From a virus (taxonomy: Duplodnaviria; Caudoviricetes), in IMG/VR virus record IMGVR_UViG_3300005805_003838, positions 1 through 45,021 of that record: a stretch of 45,021 nt of DNA; one strand, given 5' to 3'. A program made the position numbers and the translations under genes. The notes under the pieces were generated by a model. It had not been told where the DNA came from. It worked only from the letters and a program-made list of their open reading frames with translations, and ran no database searches. Shown here one piece after another: positions 1 through 9,097 of this stretch. Numbering within the stretch: the stretch's first letter is position 1; each line of letters begins with the position of its first letter.

Positions 1-271
1 GAATAGCAGCGATTGTATCTTGAAAACGAGTCTTTAGTGAGCCCTCCATCATTTCTTCAGCGAGGAATGATTCTACGACATGATAATTGAAGTTTAGTAG
101 AGCAGAGCCATCTTCGTTTTCTTCATTACCGATCTGTAAGTTTTCGTAGTGATAAACAATACCCTCGAACTCACCATCATCGATCTGGACGCACACGAAA
201 TCTTTTACGTCCAGTCTTTCAATATGCGTATACTTAGGAGCGACTGGATCGTCGATAACTCTTTTACTCAT
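1..271 (-). CDS. Hypothetical protein at the T4 gp40 position (head vertex assembly chaperone-like), runs off the window edge
   Basis: Own translation: ATG at 271 overlaps the uvsX stop and the frame stays open to the edge (MSKRVIDDPVAPKYTHIERLDVKDFVCVQIDDGEFEGIVYHYENLQIG...). gp40 follows uvsX in T4-like phages. Confidence 0.6.
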   Translation of the reverse strand, partial: MSKRVIDDPVAPKYTHIERLDVKDFVCVQIDDGEFEGIVYHYENLQIGNEENEDGSALLNFNYHVVESFLAEEMMEGSLKTRFQDTIAAI

Positions 272-1304
272 CTTCGTCTCCCATAATCGCTCCATGAGAG
301 ATAGAATACTTTTCTGTAACATACTTCACAAAATCAGTTTCCTTAAAGATTGCTTTCCAGAAATCACCATTATCAACGATATCGCCAGCTCGCATACTAG
401 GAACGGATACTTCTCCAGTTTCCTTATCTACCCGAGCATACCAACCATTCTTAGGCTTAATGATATAACCACCATCCAGAGCGACATCCAGTAGACCAGA
501 CCAGCGATTGATACCGCCTTCGAAAGAAACTGTAATCGGGATCTTTGATTTCTCTTTAACATAACGAGACTTCTCTACGTTGATTACGAAATGATATCCA
601 TTGATTCCGTCCGCATCCTTATCTTGCTGACGACCAAGAATCCAGATATTATCCGATCCGTAGTACGATCCTGTTCCTCCACCAACGATAGCTTTCGGGA
701 ACATACCAATTTCCATATAGGTATGATTGATAACAGCCATAGGAATATCCTTAAGAGTCAGATAAGGAGTAACCATACGGAACAGAGACTTGAGTTGCTT
801 TGCACGAGACATATCTGCAACAGACTTCTCATTCAGAGCATCTTCTACTTCCTTCTTCGAAGCTAGATTACCAATAGAGTCGATTACAATCATCACATGC
901 TCGCCGCGCTCGATCTGAGTTAGCTGCTTCATGATATCAAACTTCAACTGCTCAACGTCCGTGATAGGAGTATGAACAACCTTATCAAAGGGAATGTTGA
1001 ATGTATTGAAATATGCTTGCGGAGTACCAAACTCTGAATCATAGAACAAGATGACGCCATCATCATACTTCTTGAGGAAGGCTGACGCAAGCAACAACGC
1101 GAAGCCAGTCTTGAAGTGCTTAGATGGACCAGCCAACATTGTTAGACCGGGAGTCATTCCGCCATCAATAGAACCAGACAACGCGACGTTAATCATAGGA
1201 ACAGAAGTCGGAATAGTATCCTTCTTAGTGAAGATCTTAGAATCTTCGAGAGTAGCAGTAAAGGCGATAGTTGAATTCTTAATTAGTTTTGAAACAAGGG
1301 ACAT
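264..1304 (-). CDS. uvsX: UvsX RecA-like recombinase
   Basis: Walker A variant GPSKHFKT, FYDSEFG, IVIDSIGNLASKKE and KSRYVKEKSKIP, all typical of T4-like UvsX. Confidence 0.97.
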   Translation of the reverse strand: MSLVSKLIKNSTIAFTATLEDSKIFTKKDTIPTSVPMINVALSGSIDGGMTPGLTMLAGPSKHFKTGFALLLASAFLKKYDDGVILFYDSEFGTPQAYFNTFNIPFDKVVHTPITDVEQLKFDIMKQLTQIERGEHVMIVIDSIGNLASKKEVEDALNEKSVADMSRAKQLKSLFRMVTPYLTLKDIPMAVINHTYMEIGMFPKAIVGGGTGSYYGSDNIWILGRQQDKDADGINGYHFVINVEKSRYVKEKSKIPITVSFEGGINRWSGLLDVALDGGYIIKPKNGWYARVDKETGEVSVPSMRAGDIVDNGDFWKAIFKETDFVKYVTEKYSISHGAIMGDEDE

Positions 1305-1322
1305 GTTTAACCTCCATAATGA

Positions 1323-1351
1323 ATAGTATCATATCATGCGTAAGTTGTCAA
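1323..1351 (-). promoter_or_regulatory. Sigma70-type early promoter for uvsX
   Basis: Minus strand TTGACA-17 bp-TACTAT with extended TG, followed by a GGAGG SD. Confidence 0.75.
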
Positions 1352-2155
1352 GTTTTCTTTTTCTACAGTTATGTTTTTCCATATATCACCATCTGTTGAA
1401 ACGGCTGCAACAGTTCTAATATCACGAGATGCTGCGATGATTAACAATACAGCCAACGGATCAATCACAAGCACTAAAAGAATGATCATGAAACGGATTG
1501 CAGATTCTAAATCTTTTTCTGAATCATTACCATATATCAGCTCAGAAACAAATCTAATGGGTCCGACTTCATTGCGGACTTCACGTATAGATTTCATCAA
1601 AGGCGCTTTATCATCAAGAAGTTTTTCTATGTTTGATTGGGCATCGTTCATATCAGCAGCCAACTGATCTCGCTCTTTCTTTTGCTGATTACGTATCTGC
1701 AGTGCAGTTTGTGCGCGATTGTTGCGTTCTATAATAGAATCGATAGCTTTATCTAGCTGAGTTAGTTGCTGTTCCGACTTCGTGATGCGCGAGCGCTCGC
1801 GCGCGAGGGAGCTATCAATGCGTTCGATCTTTGCGGCAACTTCTCCGCTCGGAGCAACTTGATCTAGATGCGCCTTGGACAGAAACCCAAAGATGCCCAT
1901 GCTAGTTATGAGCATAAGAATAAGCAACGCAGAAATAAAGTATGACTTCATCAGGAAAGGAATGTATTTCCAATTCCTGTAGAGCCATGAAGCGAGTACA
2001 ATCTTACCAAACTCTAATGTTCCGCCTAGAATGATAATAGCCCAAAATGCTCCAGCAAAGATAGCTGTCAATCCTGTGACTGAATACCATGCGGAAACGA
2101 CGGAGAGTGCTATCCCCGTCGTCATGATTAACCAGCGATCTGCATTAAAGGTCAA
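1334..2155 (-). CDS. Membrane protein with three N-terminal TM helices, a coiled coil and a C-terminal TM helix
   Basis: Hydrophobic segments and a heptad-rich central region; 273 aa. Confidence 0.75.
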   Translation of the reverse strand: MTFNADRWLIMTTGIALSVVSAWYSVTGLTAIFAGAFWAIIILGGTLEFGKIVLASWLYRNWKYIPFLMKSYFISALLILMLITSMGIFGFLSKAHLDQVAPSGEVAAKIERIDSSLARERSRITKSEQQLTQLDKAIDSIIERNNRAQTALQIRNQQKKERDQLAADMNDAQSNIEKLLDDKAPLMKSIREVRNEVGPIRFVSELIYGNDSEKDLESAIRFMIILLVLVIDPLAVLLIIAASRDIRTVAAVSTDGDIWKNITVEKENLTTYA

Positions 2156-2357
2156 TAGAACTCACTTTCGTACGCCCTATGGTTTGATTTATTCTTGCTC
2201 GGATTTGAGAATTTTCCCATGTCCAACACTCGCCAGTATCATCCTGAAACACGACCCACATCAAATCGTTTTCCATACCATAGTCAATAATAAAGTGAGC
2301 CATCCCTTTTCCTTTTGGCGTGGTTAAAGGAATAGGAGGGTCAATCCTAGTCATCAT
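2145..2357 (-). CDS. Small hypothetical protein
   Basis: 70 aa ORF packed tightly between co-oriented genes. Confidence 0.65.
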   Translation of the reverse strand: MMTRIDPPIPLTTPKGKGMAHFIIDYGMENDLMWVVFQDDTGECWTWENSQIRARINQTIGRTKVSSIDL

Positions 2358-2358
2358 A

Positions 2359-2724
2359 TTATCCTCTTGATATTTTCAGCACAGCATCCAATTGACGCTG
2401 ACATATTTCTCTTCTGTTTGGCCAATGAATCCATTCTTTGTCTGCTGTCTTTAGTAGATTATTCAGCAGAGGAACTACGATAGCTTCTAGCTGTCGTATC
2501 TTTTCACGCATCTCGTCTTCTGTTGCTGATGCTGCAACGTTGTTGTGCATTCTACCAAACTCAATAAGAATACGATCTAATTTTTCGTCCATCGAATCAA
2601 ATCGATCGTCTAGGTCAATGTTTAAAGTAGATTGTTCTACTTGTGTAGGCTTTGCGAAATCTGGTTCGTCGACTGCGGAGAATCCGTAATCTGTGCCAAG
2701 ATATTCGGCTGGGACGTTAGTCAT
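2359..2724 (-). CDS. Hypothetical protein (conserved-type ORF downstream of gp43)
   Basis: ATGA overlap with the polymerase stop; DYGFSAVDE and PLLNNLLK..IHWPNR motifs. Confidence 0.75.
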   Translation of the reverse strand: MTNVPAEYLGTDYGFSAVDEPDFAKPTQVEQSTLNIDLDDRFDSMDEKLDRILIEFGRMHNNVAASATEDEMREKIRQLEAIVVPLLNNLLKTADKEWIHWPNRREICQRQLDAVLKISRG

Positions 2725-5222
2725 GAAAAGAAATCCTCCAATGTACTTTGCTTTTCTTCATGCCAGTTAATCACTTCAAGGATTGCACGAAGTGGTGACA
2801 TGAACGCTTTATCGAACTGTGTGTCATAGTCTATGTACGCATCAAGATCAAACTCTTGAGGTAGCTGAGAGAATGCGCAGATAACATTATCTCTAAGCGG
2901 ATTTGGCATCTTAAGATAGGAGAATCGTATCTTTTCTCCATCCTTGATTAGCTCATATTTCTTCTGCAGCTTGAGCTTCTTGATCTTATCATTATAAGAC
3001 ATAGCGCCCCGAACATGAATCGGAATGCTCTTAGTTTCATTCTTGTATTTAGTTAGATCTTGAACGGATCGAGGAAACGAGACTTCTTCGAACGACAACT
3101 TATAAAACTTAGACTTGAAGTCGGCGATGAACTTATGCAGTTCTTCTTCTGGCTGGGTCATGATGATCGTAAGAGCATCCTTAATCGCCTGACGACACAC
3201 AGAAGGCGTCGACGACTTGACAGCTTCGATACCCATGATCTTTAGTTTAGGTTTCGCATAGCGAACGCCTTCGGAGTCGTGAACATTGAGAATATATCGC
3301 TTCTTCGCAGTCCAGATACCACGATCAGCAATGACTTCTCGAGTCATATTCATCTTTTGTTGGAAGGCTCCCATCCGAACAGCAAGATCCTGGTAAATCC
3401 TGTCAAGCACTGGTTCAATTTTCTCTGAACCCACTTTATCCAGAAAGTTAACGACTTTCTGTTTAGAATCGGCAGAAGGATCGAGTATTTTATTTCTTTC
3501 TGTAAAGACCATATGTACCAGCTTGTCAAAGCTAATGTATAGCGAATCCGTATCTGATGCAATGACATAATCTTCATCCTCAGTCTTCAGTAGCTTATTG
3601 AGATACTTATTGATTTCATTTTCAGCCCAGCGAATCGACAACTGACCACCAAGAGTAATAGCAGTAGCCTGTTCGATATCGAAGAATCTGAAGTGTGGGT
3701 TACCGATAGCGCCGTATGCTGAGTTGAGTTGTACCTTCTTTGCAAGCTGCATGTTCTTATATCTAGAAATATCTTTAACAGCTTGTTTAGACTTAGTCTT
3801 CTCGTACTCTTTTTGAGCAGCGATCATCTTTTCTTTATAGACGACACGATCGTTGTACATACGTTCCATGATCTCAGGCAAGAATCCTTGCTTGTCCTTC
3901 TTGAAGAAACATCCGTTAGCTGCTAGACCATATCCTTCCGGCACTTCAGGAAAGATACCTTCCAACAATTCATCAACGCTCGTTTGTGCTTTGTTTCCTC
4001 GTAGCAATGTTTCAGGACTGATATTATATTGCATAATAAGATGAGGATACAGCGAGTTTAAGTCGAACGACATAACCCAATCATATCCACCTGGCTTAGG
4101 TTCTTTAACGAATGCTCCGACATACGCTTCGTCTTTTCTTCCGCCGCCAATCAAAGGAACAGCAACCCTTTGCTTCCATAGATGATTATGCGTGATAACA
4201 TCCCACATACGAACTTGAGTGAAGATATCAAGGAGAGTGACCTTAGCATCGTACGCGAGCGCGAGAGCCATGTCAATCAGCTTCATCTTATCGTCGAGCT
4301 TATCAACAAGCTCAACGTCTCGAATGTTATAGTCGATGAACTTCTGGAAGTCGTTGATATAAAACTCGTGGAGAGTTTCATATTCAGAGTAATCTAGCTT
4401 TCTTTCACCTAGCTCAACGAAACCAATGTGATCCAGCTTATATGATTCTTGCTGAGTATACGTGAACTTCTGATACATCTCAAGATAATCAAGAGTAGCA
4501 ATCCCTGCGATGTTGTATACGTTTTCTTCTTTTCCAAACTTCGTACGGACACGACGATCCTTAAACATACGCCAAGGACTGAAAGACTTAGTATGAGATT
4601 CGCCTAGAACTTGATTCATGCGACGAATCAGATACGGAATATCAAAGAACGTGACGTTCCATCCCGTTACGATATCTGGATATCCGTTGCTCCACTCGCT
4701 GAGGAACTTAGTGAGTAGCTCTTTCTCGTTATTGCATTGATAGTATCGAACATCCGCACGAGTATTAACATACTCATAGAATCCCCACACATGAAAGATA
4801 TTATCTTTCTTCAAAGTGATAGCGGTGATCTCTTGTGCCGCTACATCTGCGCTAGGAAATCCATTCTCGGAACTCACCTCGATGTCGATATTAGCAGCAT
4901 TGATTAGATCGCGATCATATACTATTTCATTGTTATATTCTTCGTTGAGATACGCATAAAGAAATCGAGACATACCATAGATGCTGAAATTAGAAACATC
5001 TTCATAGCTCTTGATGAATTCTTTAGCGTCCCGTATAGATTCGAATCCCATAGGATCAAGCGAAAGCCCACGAATGTCTTTCCACTCTGCGTTGTCGCGC
5101 TTTGAGTTAAGAAACATCGTAGGCTTATATGGAATCTTCTCTTCGAAGTATCGTCCGTGATCGTAACCACGGACGAAGATATTATTACCATACTCAAGAA
5201 CATTCGTATAAAATTTGCTCAT
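2721..5222 (-). CDS. 43: Family B DNA polymerase (gp43)
   Basis: Exonuclease motifs DIEV, GWNVTFFDIPY and DYNIRDV; polymerase motifs SFDLNSLYP, KVQLNSAYG, ASDTDS and KKRY. Confidence 0.98.
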   Translation of the reverse strand: MSKFYTNVLEYGNNIFVRGYDHGRYFEEKIPYKPTMFLNSKRDNAEWKDIRGLSLDPMGFESIRDAKEFIKSYEDVSNFSIYGMSRFLYAYLNEEYNNEIVYDRDLINAANIDIEVSSENGFPSADVAAQEITAITLKKDNIFHVWGFYEYVNTRADVRYYQCNNEKELLTKFLSEWSNGYPDIVTGWNVTFFDIPYLIRRMNQVLGESHTKSFSPWRMFKDRRVRTKFGKEENVYNIAGIATLDYLEMYQKFTYTQQESYKLDHIGFVELGERKLDYSEYETLHEFYINDFQKFIDYNIRDVELVDKLDDKMKLIDMALALAYDAKVTLLDIFTQVRMWDVITHNHLWKQRVAVPLIGGGRKDEAYVGAFVKEPKPGGYDWVMSFDLNSLYPHLIMQYNISPETLLRGNKAQTSVDELLEGIFPEVPEGYGLAANGCFFKKDKQGFLPEIMERMYNDRVVYKEKMIAAQKEYEKTKSKQAVKDISRYKNMQLAKKVQLNSAYGAIGNPHFRFFDIEQATAITLGGQLSIRWAENEINKYLNKLLKTEDEDYVIASDTDSLYISFDKLVHMVFTERNKILDPSADSKQKVVNFLDKVGSEKIEPVLDRIYQDLAVRMGAFQQKMNMTREVIADRGIWTAKKRYILNVHDSEGVRYAKPKLKIMGIEAVKSSTPSVCRQAIKDALTIIMTQPEEELHKFIADFKSKFYKLSFEEVSFPRSVQDLTKYKNETKSIPIHVRGAMSYNDKIKKLKLQKKYELIKDGEKIRFSYLKMPNPLRDNVICAFSQLPQEFDLDAYIDYDTQFDKAFMSPLRAILEVINWHEEKQSTLEDFFS

Positions 5223-5227
5223 GAACT

Positions 5228-5256
5228 ATAGTACCAGGTTAGGACTAAGTTGTCAA
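5228..5256 (-). promoter_or_regulatory. Sigma70-type promoter for gp43 (probably gives a leaderless mRNA)
   Basis: TTGACA-17 bp-TACTAT with extended TG; only 5 nt separate the -10 box from the ATG. Confidence 0.75.
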
Positions 5257-5586
5257 GATCCCCTTTGGTGGAACTACCAGCCCAGATCCAAAGTTTTGAT
5301 TGTACGCATTTTCTACCTGATTGTCAGGATCATACGTGAACAAAATATTGCGAGGATCTAGGATGATTTCCTTAGTCCTAGCCATTGGAATAAAGTCTAC
5401 CAGAGCCATCTGAGTCTTGCCAGTAGCAGTAGGTTGGATAATCACTGCTGCTGGTTTCAGAACCCTAATCATATTACCAATAGGACCAACTTTACCAATG
5501 ATCTCATCACCATTAAGAAGGCGCAACATCACGATAGCTGTATTGCGATTCTCATCATTCATATTCATAGCATTCACATTAGTCAT
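5245..5586 (-). CDS. Hypothetical protein, Sm-like beta-rich phage protein
   Basis: LRLLNGDEIIG...YNQNFGSGLVVP pattern common in T4-like phages; AAGGA SD. Confidence 0.7.
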   Translation of the reverse strand: MTNVNAMNMNDENRNTAIVMLRLLNGDEIIGKVGPIGNMIRVLKPAAVIIQPTATGKTQMALVDFIPMARTKEIILDPRNILFTYDPDNQVENAYNQNFGSGLVVPPKGILTT

Positions 5587-5595
5587 TTCATTTCC

Positions 5596-6072
5596 TTACT
5601 TCGTTACACCTTGTATCTTCTCTTGTCCTCTTGACCAAGCAGCGATACCAAGAACTGCGCCCATTGCTAGATGGAAAAGACCAGCGCCCTGAAGCGTCAG
5701 AGGAACCCATTGAGTGAGAGGCGATTTTGTTATGACTTGAACTACTGACCATAGAATAGGAAAAATAGCCATATCTAAGCAGCAGATAACCATATAACAC
5801 CAACCCATTGCTGGGCGCCATTTCTTAACCATCCAGTCTTCGTTCTGTTTATTGTTTTCTGCTTCCCATTGTTTAGTTTCTAGTTCGACCCTAGCTAATT
5901 GAGCTGCTTCAGAAAGCTGTGGAGCTGCTGGAGCATACGATCGCGAAAACGAACTATCGTTATATGTAGTCGGGATTGAAGCTGCCGCTCCCTTTGTAGC
6001 AGCAGGCAACTGATCCATAGCAGGTTTCGCGACGATTGGCTCGTCGTCTATTGTTTTTCCGAACTTTGGCAT
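5596..6072 (-). CDS. Putative holin (3TM / GTA-holin-like)
   Basis: WRPAMGW motif followed by two hydrophobic helices and RGQEK; close to the endolysin. Confidence 0.65.
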   Translation of the reverse strand: MPKFGKTIDDEPIVAKPAMDQLPAATKGAAASIPTTYNDSSFSRSYAPAAPQLSEAAQLARVELETKQWEAENNKQNEDWMVKKWRPAMGWCYMVICCLDMAIFPILWSVVQVITKSPLTQWVPLTLQGAGLFHLAMGAVLGIAAWSRGQEKIQGVTK

Positions 6073-6103
6073 CGTGGTTTCCTTTAAGTGAAACTATTAT
6101 TTT

Positions 6104-6811
6104 TTAGTGTATCATCTTCCACGCCGCTTGATTAATAACAGATTTAGTTGATACGATATCACGAGGTTCTTTCTTGAATCCTACAGCAATGTATCCAATC
6201 ATATTTCCAGCCTCTGGAGGTATTGATCCACGACAGGTATAAGTTACTCCACGAGACATTATCCAATCTCCAACAGCAGACGTAGCCTCAAAAGGTTCGC
6301 AAAGTATTTCGCCATTGAGTATAGAAGTAGAAGCTCTATTACGCGCAGCAGCACTGCTAAAGAACGATCCTCTTACTCCTTCTAGCGGAGCATATCTACC
6401 ATCAAGCGACTGAGCGATTCTTGTTAAACGCAGATTTTGCGGAAGATCGATCTGATGAATGATTACAGTCTCGCCCCCAGAATCACGAAGCAAATCGCGG
6501 CTCAAAGAAGATAACTTGTCATCTTCAATCAACTGCTTAGATACCTTTTCTTTAGTTGTTAAGTTTCCGATGATTAAGTCCTGCTGTTTATATGCAACAT
6601 ATCCACCCAACCCACTTAGCCCTAGAATGATTACGGTGACAAGTTTGAAAGGAGTATCGACCCACTTAACAAGATCAAACGCTTTATCCATCCATCCTGA
6701 TGGAGCTTTAGGAACAACAACAACTTCAATTGGCTTTTCAGCAACTTTGGTTTTTGGTGTCGCTTTTCTAACAGTAGGTTTTTTAATAACTTTTTTTGTA
6801 GTTGTTGCCAT
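6104..6811 (-). CDS. Single-TM membrane protein with a basic N-terminus and a GAF-like C-terminal domain (lysis cassette)
   Basis: Lys-rich N-terminus, TM at FKLVTVIILGLSGLGGYVAY, C-terminal 'GNMIGYIAVGF' GAF-type strand. Confidence 0.6.
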   Translation of the reverse strand: MATTTKKVIKKPTVRKATPKTKVAEKPIEVVVVPKAPSGWMDKAFDLVKWVDTPFKLVTVIILGLSGLGGYVAYKQQDLIIGNLTTKEKVSKQLIEDDKLSSLSRDLLRDSGGETVIIHQIDLPQNLRLTRIAQSLDGRYAPLEGVRGSFFSSAAARNRASTSILNGEILCEPFEATSAVGDWIMSRGVTYTCRGSIPPEAGNMIGYIAVGFKKEPRDIVSTKSVINQAAWKMIH

Positions 6812-6822
6812 CGTTAATTCCT

Positions 6823-7440
6823 TTATACGAATATATGTAAAGCTTCCGCATAATGAGATTTACGATCTTCGAGACCGATTGTACCACCATTGATTTTCTT
6901 TGTGACTGTAAGCACGTCACCCTTGTCAGCCCAATCGTTCAGCTCGCGCGAATCCCAGAACCAAGCAGCAGACCAAGCTGCGCCTTCAGCTGTTTCTAAC
7001 CATCTAGCTGCGTCTTCTAATTGCATTTCCATATCAGACGCAAATGCTTGATAGTTGCTTTTACCCGTGAGCTGTATCAATCCTCGACCACAATAACGAT
7101 ATCCGTCCCCAGATTCAGGAGGACCGTTGCCCATGCGACTAGCGTAAACTAGATTCGCAATCTTTTCTGGATTCTTAGCATAATCGTTAGGATTCTTACC
7201 CCTGAAGTATTTCGGAAAGACCTTAGTTAAGGTTTCAGCTCTGTAATTCAGATTTTCTTTTCGAGCGCGCAATCCGCCCGATTCGTGACCTACTTGAGCC
7301 AGAAACATAGAAATTCGCTGAGGAGTATTGATCTCATAGAATTCCATGACTTCATTGAGAGGGTCGATGAATTCCTGGATGATATCCTCAGACGTGTCTT
7401 CAAAAAACTCGTTTAATTGGTCAAATGTAATAAGGGCCAT
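6823..7440 (-). CDS. Glycoside hydrolase family 19 endolysin
   Basis: FLAQVGHESGG, ENLNY, GRGLIQLTGKSNY and KKINGGTIGLEDR motifs. Confidence 0.92.
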   Translation of the reverse strand: MALITFDQLNEFFEDTSEDIIQEFIDPLNEVMEFYEINTPQRISMFLAQVGHESGGLRARKENLNYRAETLTKVFPKYFRGKNPNDYAKNPEKIANLVYASRMGNGPPESGDGYRYCGRGLIQLTGKSNYQAFASDMEMQLEDAARWLETAEGAAWSAAWFWDSRELNDWADKGDVLTVTKKINGGTIGLEDRKSHYAEALHIFV

Positions 7441-7459
7441 AGGATTCTCCTTTCAGCAG

Positions 7460-7466
7460 TATTTAG
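7460..7466 (-). promoter_or_regulatory. T4-type late promoter variant (CTAAATA) upstream of the endolysin
   Basis: CTAAATA about 20 nt upstream of the ATG, followed by an AAAGGAG SD. Confidence 0.5.
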
Positions 7467-7505
7467 CCGTAAGGACGAGATCCCATCATTTTTTGCAGTA
7501 GGCTT

Positions 7506-7691
7506 TTAGTCTCTATGATTATTGAAATAATTTTCTGCATAAGATCTCCAGAAAGTTGTATGAACCGTAGAAATGATTTCGTCGCGACTCATAGATAATT
7601 CTTCGAGTTCACTATCGGACAATTCGTTGAGTCGAATAATCGCGCTATTGTATTGGGTCCATGGTTGGATCCAGGTAAGTATATTCATCAT
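7506..7691 (-). CDS. DUF1127-family small protein
   Basis: RLNELSDSELEELSMSRDEI resembles the DUF1127 consensus (xLxxLsDreLxDiGlsRxdI); GGAG SD before the ATG at 7691. Confidence 0.65.
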   Translation of the reverse strand: MMNILTWIQPWTQYNSAIIRLNELSDSELEELSMSRDEIISTVHTTFWRSYAENYFNNHRD

Positions 7692-7698
7692 AGTCTCC

Positions 7699-7731
7699 AA
7701 AAAAATACTGGGTGACAACAGTGCCACCCAG
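7699..7731 (-). terminator. Rho-independent terminator after hsp20
   Basis: CTGGGTGGCA-ctgt-TGTCACCCAG stem followed by TATTTTTTT. Confidence 0.8.
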
Positions 7732-7759
7732 TTCATAACGAATAACTCAATCAGATTGA

Positions 7760-8218
7760 TTATCCCTTGATATCAATCTTTCTAGGCTTCTGACTTTCAG
7801 GAATGAAGTTTTCCAGCCAAACCTTAAGAATGCCATTCATAAGTTCAGCGTTGTTTACAACTACAGTATCAGCCAGAGTGAACGTGCGATTGAATGCGCG
7901 TTCTGCGATACCCTTGTAGAAGTAATACTCGGTAGCCTTATCCATATCGCTGGCATCTTTAGTCTTACCAGCAATTGTTAGCTTACCGCCTTCGAGAGTC
8001 AGCTCGATGTCTGTCTTTGCAAATCCCGCGACAGCCATTTCGATAACATATTTGTTATCATCTACCTTCTTGATATTGTATGGGGGATACCCAGGAAGGT
8101 TCTTACCGATCCCATCCAACTGCGAAGAAAGCAGCTTGAATGTCTTGTCGAAACCGACAGAGAAAGGATCGAAAGAAGCAAACGGTGATGGGATTTGTGC
8201 GTAGTCGTTCTTAGTCAT
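7760..8218 (-). CDS. hsp20: Small heat shock protein (Hsp20/IbpA family)
   Basis: GYPPYNI, IEMAVAGF, KGIAERAFNRTFTLA and NGIL motifs; start placed at ATG 8218 after AGGAGG. Confidence 0.95.
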   Translation of the reverse strand: MTKNDYAQIPSPFASFDPFSVGFDKTFKLLSSQLDGIGKNLPGYPPYNIKKVDDNKYVIEMAVAGFAKTDIELTLEGGKLTIAGKTKDASDMDKATEYYFYKGIAERAFNRTFTLADTVVVNNAELMNGILKVWLENFIPESQKPRKIDIKG

Positions 8219-8270
8219 TTTATAGCCTCCTATTGGCAAGGTTGTATTATGTGACCCCGAAGGCGTCACG
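8219..8270 (-). promoter_or_regulatory. Structured hsp20 5' UTR, candidate ROSE-like RNA thermometer
   Basis: GUGACGCC-UUCG-GGGUCAC hairpin, then CCUUGCC-AAUA-GGAGG pairing over the SD with a bulged G. Confidence 0.5.
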
Positions 8271-8274
8271 GTTT

Positions 8275-8282
8275 TATTTATA
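8275..8282 (-). promoter_or_regulatory. T4-type late promoter TATAAATA upstream of hsp20
   Basis: Exact TATAAATA on the minus strand in the intergenic gap. Confidence 0.7.
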
Positions 8283-8287
8283 CACGA

Positions 8288-8695
8288 CTATTCTATCGTG
8301 CGCTTTTTTCCAATGTTATATTTGGCTTCCAGCTTCCATTCGTCCTTTTCTTTATGAGCCAGTATCTTAATCTGATTCAGAGGAGCGATAGGATCTTTAG
8401 TACTCTCCATACTCACAATATCAATTAGTCCCCATTCGGCTAAAAGATTGGTGATTGTATTCCGACGACCCATATCTTCTTCCGAGAAGTTCGTGGGTTT
8501 ACCGTCCAGAGCGAATAGTTCTTTGAAATGGACAATATAATATCGTCCCTGTTTATGCAGAATATGACAAGACTGAAACAGAACCCTATCGCGTCGAGAA
8601 GCGACTCCGATACGAGTTAGTGTCTCACGAATTTTTAAAAAATCTTCTGCCGAGTGAAGCTTAACTTCAACCATTGAATCGACCGATGCATTCAT
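8288..8695 (-). CDS. regA: RegA translational repressor
   Basis: DFLKIRETLTRIGVAS and SCHILHKQGRYYIVHFKELFALDG. Confidence 0.97.
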   Translation of the reverse strand: MNASVDSMVEVKLHSAEDFLKIRETLTRIGVASRRDRVLFQSCHILHKQGRYYIVHFKELFALDGKPTNFSEEDMGRRNTITNLLAEWGLIDIVSMESTKDPIAPLNQIKILAHKEKDEWKLEAKYNIGKKRTIE

Positions 8696-9087
8696 CCTTT
8701 TCCACCTCTATCGAGAAACTTCTCGATCATGGTAAGCTGTTCATCGGTTAAGATACGCAACGCCTGTTCCGCCTTAGCACGACCATAGCCAAAATATTCC
8801 ATGACCATCTCAACGGTAGCGTCGGGCTCTTGCTTTTTCCATTTGGCAAACCTTTTACGCTTCCGCAGAGTATTTAGTAAGTAGGAATATTGAGGCTTAT
8901 TGCCGAGGTGGGAACGGAGATTCATCTCATTAGCGTGTAGGATAGCATCCTGAAAGTAGGACATCGAACGATTGGTTAGATATGGTTTATACCCCTTCTC
9001 AGCAAGCTCATCGTTCGATGTCCCTTTCATGAGATCTTTTTTACTGTGACTCACGCTATCGACATATACGAAGGGGTTGTTGCTCAT
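8692..9087 (-). CDS. 62: Clamp loader small subunit (gp62)
   Basis: YKPYLTNRSMS, ANEMN, LRKRKRFAKW and EYFGY..KA motifs; lies upstream of regA. Confidence 0.92.
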   Translation of the reverse strand: MSNNPFVYVDSVSHSKKDLMKGTSNDELAEKGYKPYLTNRSMSYFQDAILHANEMNLRSHLGNKPQYSYLLNTLRKRKRFAKWKKQEPDATVEMVMEYFGYGRAKAEQALRILTDEQLTMIEKFLDRGGKG

Positions 9088-9097
9088 GATATAAATC

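Noticed and set aside
2721-5222. Intron or intein in the DNA polymerase (or in uvsX, 46, uvsW, 23)
   Set aside because: All are uninterrupted and of normal length for T4-like orthologs.
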